NCBI GenBank assembly: GCA_030612505.1
Contig: JAUWNU010000001.1
Span: 1,233 to 65,232 of the forward strand
Reading direction: 5' to 3'
From: Methanomassiliicoccales archaeon
GTDB lineage: Archaea > Thermoplasmatota > Thermoplasmata > SG8-5
Length of the DNA: 64,000 nt
A program made the translations under genes and the position numbers. Under the pieces are notes generated by a model that did not search any database, was not told the origin of the DNA, and was given only the letters and a program-made list of their open reading frames with translations. Position 1 is the stretch's first letter; each line of letters begins with the position of its first letter. Shown here piece by piece: positions 58,997-64,000 of the stretch.

Positions 58997-59932
58997 TTAA
59001 TATTTCTGGCAAGTTATCTTGTCTATTAGAAATGGAACTGTTAATACCACGATTTCACTGTGCGCGATGTTGTTGGTTTCATCTGCCTCATAAAATATCT
59101 CATCTGGGTCAACCACTGCAAAGATTATATGTTCTCCTTCAAAACCAGTGCTGTTCCAGTTCAAAGAGGCGGCCATTGGTTGAGAAAGTCCGTGGAATGA
59201 AGACATACAAGTTCCGATATGATTGGCTTCGCCTACGAGATTCAAATAGAAAGAAACATTGACATCAGGAGTACCCCGATTGGCGGTTATCACAGCAGTG
59301 ACAGTAACTATTTCACCTTCTTCTGGTCTGATATTTGAAAAACTGACACCTCTTACAGACAGGTCTTGTTCAATTCCAATATTATCTAACTCTTCTTCCG
59401 ATGGCTGGGCATCTTCTGGATATTCATCAATAGGCATGGAGAATTCTGATAAAGAATCTGGAGAACCCTCGGTAGACAAAATGCTATTCGATGCTGCTAT
59501 TTTAGACTCCTGGCTGTTGAAATATAAATCCAATTTCTTCCCGAATCCTATGTGTTCAACAACAAACGTTTCATAAATTGTGCTGCCGTCACTAACCGCG
59601 GTAATCTGGATAGTGTCACCGAGTTCATAACCGCTAGGCAATTCTTCCAATATACATTCATACGCACACGTTTCATAGACCTCTGCTTCAAGCGTCTCAG
59701 CGGTTCTCAGATTTTCAATAGTAATGTCCACGTTGCATATCAAATAGCCATCTCCATCATGGATAAAACCATAAACATCAAAAGGTGGTATCGGAGCACC
59801 ATTGTTTCCAGTCATTCCTTGTGCCTGAGCTGTCGAGAACGCACTGAATATGAACAGTGCCACAATCATACTCGCAAAAATCTTTGTCTTATTACCCACT
59901 TCCACACCGTTTCTCTCTATTTCTGTTGTCAT
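58997..59932 (-). CDS. Truncated paralog (311 aa) of the giant protease N-terminus, including the first CARDB domain
   Basis: Colinear with residues 1-~302 of the 3308-aa protein; diverges after TVPF. Confidence 0.8.
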   Translation of the reverse strand: MTTEIERNGVEVGNKTKIFASMIVALFIFSAFSTAQAQGMTGNNGAPIPPFDVYGFIHDGDGYLICNVDITIENLRTAETLEAEVYETCAYECILEELPSGYELGDTIQITAVSDGSTIYETFVVEHIGFGKKLDLYFNSQESKIAASNSILSTEGSPDSLSEFSMPIDEYPEDAQPSEEELDNIGIEQDLSVRGVSFSNIRPEEGEIVTVTAVITANRGTPDVNVSFYLNLVGEANHIGTCMSSFHGLSQPMAASLNWNSTGFEGEHIIFAVVDPDEIFYEADETNNIAHSEIVVLTVPFLIDKITCQKY

Positions 59933-60098
59933 TTGAAATCCTCCTAACCTTATGGTGACTAAAAATCCGTCCCCCGACCTGACTGAGATATTGTCATAAG
60001 TTTAAAAAACTATCTTATAGAAAAACAACATGTTAAAAAATATTATGCTTGAAAGATAGAAAACATAATTATAGAAGTTACGAGTTATATTCGTTAAC

Positions 60099-63000
60099 AT
60101 GTATGGGAAAGGAAGAGTGCCGGCTATTCTATCGCTTATTCTTGTTATCATCCTTACTTTACCTGTTCTGAATCTTTCGGCTAGTGATTCAGAACCAAAT
60201 CCAATTCCAACGGCAGAACTAGTAAATAACGAATCTTTAGGTTTTCCTTCAGGTTGGACTGACGACATTCAAATGACACTCTTACCTGGATTGGGAACCC
60301 ATGTATGGCCTGTTATTGCAACAAATGGAGATACAATCCATCTCGTATGGGAAAATAGGACTAGTACTCATAGTATAGGATATAGACGTAGTGAAGATGC
60401 AGGAAGGACTTGGACAGAATCTAAAATAATAACTTCTGGAGAAGTAGGTAATCCAAGAATAGCTATTAATGGCTCTAATATCCATCTTGTGTATATGCAA
60501 GACACCGGCATCACATCTGAAATCATGTATCAGAATAGCACTGATAATGGTGAGACATGGAGTTTACCTGTGATGTTGTCCCTCGATGACGGAGTCTGGT
60601 GTGCGATACCAGACATTGCTGTTGATGGCGATAACATCCATGTTGTTTGGGAGGATGAAGATGCAAGTGGACCCGGAAGTTATGAGATTATATATCGCAA
60701 CAGCACGAACGGAGGAATATCATGGAACCCGACAATCCAACTCACAAATTATCCTGGGGGGTCTGATGCATCCGCAAAAATCGCCGTTAATGGGTCTTTA
60801 GTTCATGTGGTCTGGGGAAGGTTCGTTACTGCTTCAGGCAGTTTTGAAACGATGTATCGCCGCAGCCTAGACGGAGGTTCAACCTGGGAGGCTGAAATGC
60901 AGATAACAAAACCAGGCTCAGGACATTCCTATGCTCCTGATCTCGCCGTGAACGGCTCCAGCATTTATGCAATCTGGATGGACAGCAGGAATGGAGCATG
61001 GGAGACTTATATCAACATTAGTTACGATGATGGTGTTTCATGGAATGGTGGTATTGCTTTGAGCGACATAGACGGAGAGTTTTCGTGGGTTCCAATAGTA
61101 GATGTCTGGAATCAAACAGTTTATGTCATGTGGACAGATCGAAGGGATGACTACCCTTATACCGATGCACAAGAAATCTACATGAACTACAGTTTTGACA
61201 GCGGCGTTACCTGGCAGGATGAAAATAAAAGATTGACATTAGCTCTAAACAATTCTGCTGTAAACGACATTGTGGTTACCGAAGACTATATACATGTAGT
61301 TTCTGTCGATAATAAAACAGGAAAACGGGAAATTTATTACAAACGGTATCCCGATTTCCCAGCAGACACCACACCTCCGACAATCATTCACACACCCATA
61401 ACTGGCACACCTATAGGCCAATCAATTAACATATCATGTCAGGTTTCCGATAATGTAGCGCTTTCTGAAGTATGGCTGAATTATACTGGTGTGAACGGAA
61501 CGAATTACAATGTATCAATGACTGGCTGGAACCTGAAAAAAGTCATGGTATCTGGGCTGGGGCAAACACTCTATGCCCAGGATGGTAATTATTCGCTTGA
61601 GATTCCCGCCCAAAATGGTGTGGGTGTGCTTAGTTATTTTATCTGGACAAATGACACAAGCGATAATGATAACTGGACTGTGACATATCAGGTTCAAATA
61701 TTTGACATAACCAAACCAACAATCAATCATGTTCCTGTAGCTTCTTCAAAAATAAACGAACCAATTGATATTGTTGTAAATGTGACCGATAACGGCGAGG
61801 TTGCAAATGTAACTCTATACTACGAAAATGTGGGTGATATAACTTACACAGCAGTTGATATGACTCTGATTTCTGGTGACTGGACTGCAACAATCCCTGC
61901 ACAAACTGTGACAGGCTTAGCCCATTATTTCATATGGGCGAATGACACATCTGGAAATAATATTACATCGCCAGTAATGGGAGATTATGCGATACAGATA
62001 ACGGGGCCTCCGAGCATTGATATTACTAATCTAATTGGAGACGAGGATTGGACTGGCGGTAGCAATCATCAGATTGAGTTTAGTGCAACAGATACGGAAG
62101 ATTCGCCTGCTGTTTTAGATGTGTTTTTGAACTATACTTCGAGTGCTGGCAACGGTGTTATCGCATCGATAAAAGGTAATGATTCACCTTATGATTGGAC
62201 GTTGCCAACTATTAACGCAACTGATGTTATAGTCAATGCTACTGTTATTGATTTGGATGGGAATAAATCATACGACGATTCACTGGAATTTATGATTGAT
62301 TCTTCACCGCCAAAAGTAATCTCCACCAATCCTGTTAACAACACAACAGGCAATTCTATCTTCCAGCCTATTGTTATTCAGTTCAATGAACCTATGAATA
62401 TTTCTTCGGTTACTGTCAATCAGACAAATGGTACTGACCCAGGGGGTTGGAATTGGTACTGGAATGAGGATAAAGATGTGATTACAGGCATTCACAATCC
62501 TTGGGAAAGGGGAAGATACATTGAAATGACCGCCCAGCCAAATTATTCTGATAATTCCAATCCTGGAAATTCTAACAACACAACCTATGTTTTCTCATTC
62601 ACAACCGAAACCAATCCTTCGCCTGAGATAATCCATACGAACATTTCAAGCCCGCAGGAATTGGGTGATGAAATGAGAATCAATACGACAATCACAGACG
62701 ATGGAGAAGTGATGAATGCTGTTCTTTGGTGGCAGGGTGTTGATGATGTCTGGCATGAGAATTTTATGGACAAAAATGGTGATGATTGGGAATATTTCAT
62801 ACCTGGCCAGGTGACAGAAGGAAAAGTAAAGTATCAGATAAATGCGACAGATGATTTACAACAGAAGAATACGACAATAATTTATGAGTTTGATATTGAG
62901 GATACGACACCGCCAGTTATTGTTCACACACCTGTTGAGAGTGCTGTTGTTGGTGAGGCGATAAACATAACTTGCCAGATTACTGATTTGGGTGGTGTGG

Positions 63001-63623
63001 ATGTTGTAAATCTATATTACAAAAATGAGAGTGCTTCAAATTTCACACAGGTAACTATGAATCAGGGTTATTGGTTTGAATTATCTGCTCAGACCGTGCC
63101 GAATACAATCGAGTATTACATACACGCTTTCGACATCTATGGCAATGATGTTGCAACACAAACTTACACTTTGGAAATAATTGATACATTTGTTCCAGAT
63201 ACCACACCGCCAAAGGTTTTGTTTGTTTCACCAACTGGCAATAATGTACCAATTTCTACGAGCATTTCAATCGTGTTTAACGAAGCTATGAATCAAACTT
63301 CTGTGGAAAATGCAATATCAGTTTCACCAACAATAACCGGTATCGGTTACACATGGCTGAATAATCAAACATTAACTATTGAAATATCAGGCAATCTAAG
63401 TTACAATACTACTTATACAGTTTCGATTGGCACAGGAGCAAAAGACCTATGTAGAAATACTTTGGAGAACGATTATTCATGGCAATTCACGACAGCAGAG
63501 GAACCTGAAATAGTACAAACGCCAGCGTCTAATGATTGGGGATGGATTGGAATTATTATCTTTCTGATTACGATAATAGTATTGTTAGTCCTGTCCCCAC
63601 AAATGCAAGATAAACCGAAATAG
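60099..63623 (+). CDS. Asp-box propeller + Ig-stalk protein, paralog 3
   Basis: Colinear with paralogs 1 and 2; intergenic region homologous to that of paralog 1. Confidence 0.85.
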   Translation: MYGKGRVPAILSLILVIILTLPVLNLSASDSEPNPIPTAELVNNESLGFPSGWTDDIQMTLLPGLGTHVWPVIATNGDTIHLVWENRTSTHSIGYRRSEDAGRTWTESKIITSGEVGNPRIAINGSNIHLVYMQDTGITSEIMYQNSTDNGETWSLPVMLSLDDGVWCAIPDIAVDGDNIHVVWEDEDASGPGSYEIIYRNSTNGGISWNPTIQLTNYPGGSDASAKIAVNGSLVHVVWGRFVTASGSFETMYRRSLDGGSTWEAEMQITKPGSGHSYAPDLAVNGSSIYAIWMDSRNGAWETYINISYDDGVSWNGGIALSDIDGEFSWVPIVDVWNQTVYVMWTDRRDDYPYTDAQEIYMNYSFDSGVTWQDENKRLTLALNNSAVNDIVVTEDYIHVVSVDNKTGKREIYYKRYPDFPADTTPPTIIHTPITGTPIGQSINISCQVSDNVALSEVWLNYTGVNGTNYNVSMTGWNLKKVMVSGLGQTLYAQDGNYSLEIPAQNGVGVLSYFIWTNDTSDNDNWTVTYQVQIFDITKPTINHVPVASSKINEPIDIVVNVTDNGEVANVTLYYENVGDITYTAVDMTLISGDWTATIPAQTVTGLAHYFIWANDTSGNNITSPVMGDYAIQITGPPSIDITNLIGDEDWTGGSNHQIEFSATDTEDSPAVLDVFLNYTSSAGNGVIASIKGNDSPYDWTLPTINATDVIVNATVIDLDGNKSYDDSLEFMIDSSPPKVISTNPVNNTTGNSIFQPIVIQFNEPMNISSVTVNQTNGTDPGGWNWYWNEDKDVITGIHNPWERGRYIEMTAQPNYSDNSNPGNSNNTTYVFSFTTETNPSPEIIHTNISSPQELGDEMRINTTITDDGEVMNAVLWWQGVDDVWHENFMDKNGDDWEYFIPGQVTEGKVKYQINATDDLQQKNTTIIYEFDIEDTTPPVIVHTPVESAVVGEAINITCQITDLGGVDVVNLYYKNESASNFTQVTMNQGYWFELSAQTVPNTIEYYIHAFDIYGNDVATQTYTLEIIDTFVPDTTPPKVLFVSPTGNNVPISTSISIVFNEAMNQTSVENAISVSPTITGIGYTWLNNQTLTIEISGNLSYNTTYTVSIGTGAKDLCRNTLENDYSWQFTTAEEPEIVQTPASNDWGWIGIIIFLITIIVLLVLSPQMQDKPK

Positions 63624-63750
63624 GTTCATGCGCCCCGACCAGGGTTTTGTCGAAGAAGCTTGCTTCGAGATGTAGATCAATCATTGGATGGGTTTGAAAG
63701 AATGAGGGGGCTGATTGGTGCAAGAAACCGGATGCAGGCAGGCCGTCCTG

Positions 63751-63878
63751 GACCCTGAACCCTAGACCCTCTCTAACGATAACCAAACACAGACCCTCAA
63801 TAACAATAACCAAACACAGACCCTTACTAACGATAATTAAACGCAGCCCCTTACTAACAACAATTAATCATAGCCCCT
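63751..63878 (-). repeat. 27-bp tandem repeat array C (reverse orientation)
   Basis: gaccct/gcccct cores at 63765, 63792, 63819, 63846, 63873, plus heptamers gaccctgaaccctagaccct. Confidence 0.85.
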
Positions 63879-63906
63879 ATATTAGAGCATAAAATAATTG
63901 TAAAAG

Positions 63907-64000
63907 TTATTTCTTGGCTGGCGGCTTCTTCTTGGTGGACTTCTTAGCCTGTGTCTTGGACTCTGTCAGGCCTGCCTTGTATTTTTCATACTTTTCCCTT
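63907..64000 (-). CDS. 3' end of a gene with a Lys-rich tail, truncated by the window edge
   Basis: ...REKYEKYKAGLTESKTQAKKSTKKKPPAKK*. Confidence 0.55.
   Translation of the reverse strand, partial: REKYEKYKAGLTESKTQAKKSTKKKPPAKK

Noticed and set aside
50040-63623. Diversity-generating retroelement or invertase shufflon behind the paralog variation
   Set aside because: No reverse transcriptase or recombinase in the window, no adenine-specific TR/VR pair noticed, and the units are direct rather than inverted repeats.

Overview
Archaeal genomic DNA, most consistent with a Thermoplasmatota lineage (inferred from the archaeal SAM synthetase, CarS, the aIF-1A/RIO1/KH operon, PEF-CTERM tails, a RAD55/KaiC ATPase and many huge secreted proteins). 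The window has three parts. (1) 1-12 kb: surface-protein genes interleaved with small toxin-antitoxin-like pairs. (2) 12-29 kb and 38.8-40.8 kb: housekeeping genes, including translation/ribosome biogenesis, mat, a K+ antiporter, a complete GDP-heptose operon, pyrE and carS. (3) 29-64 kb: giant secreted proteins, including a ~1890-aa Ig-stalk protein tipped with a caspase-family peptidase, a 3308-aa beta-helix/subtilisin, and a triplicated divergent unit pairing that protease's N-terminus with a membrane-anchored Asp-box propeller protein. The intergenic DNA holds several repeated, covarying structured elements: two protein-free elements with IS200/IS605-like right ends (candidate stand-alone omega-RNAs), two copies of a five-hairpin element, and three 27-bp tandem-repeat arrays. 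Other points of interest are HbYX (M-Y-G) tails on an Sm-like and a wHTH protein, a shared 'GWNL' module on unanchored secreted proteins, nested domain insertions, and a repeated micro-ORF/promoter unit flanking TA cassettes. No rRNA, tRNA, CRISPR array, transposase or integrase was recognised. All calls come from reading motifs by eye; no database searches were run.
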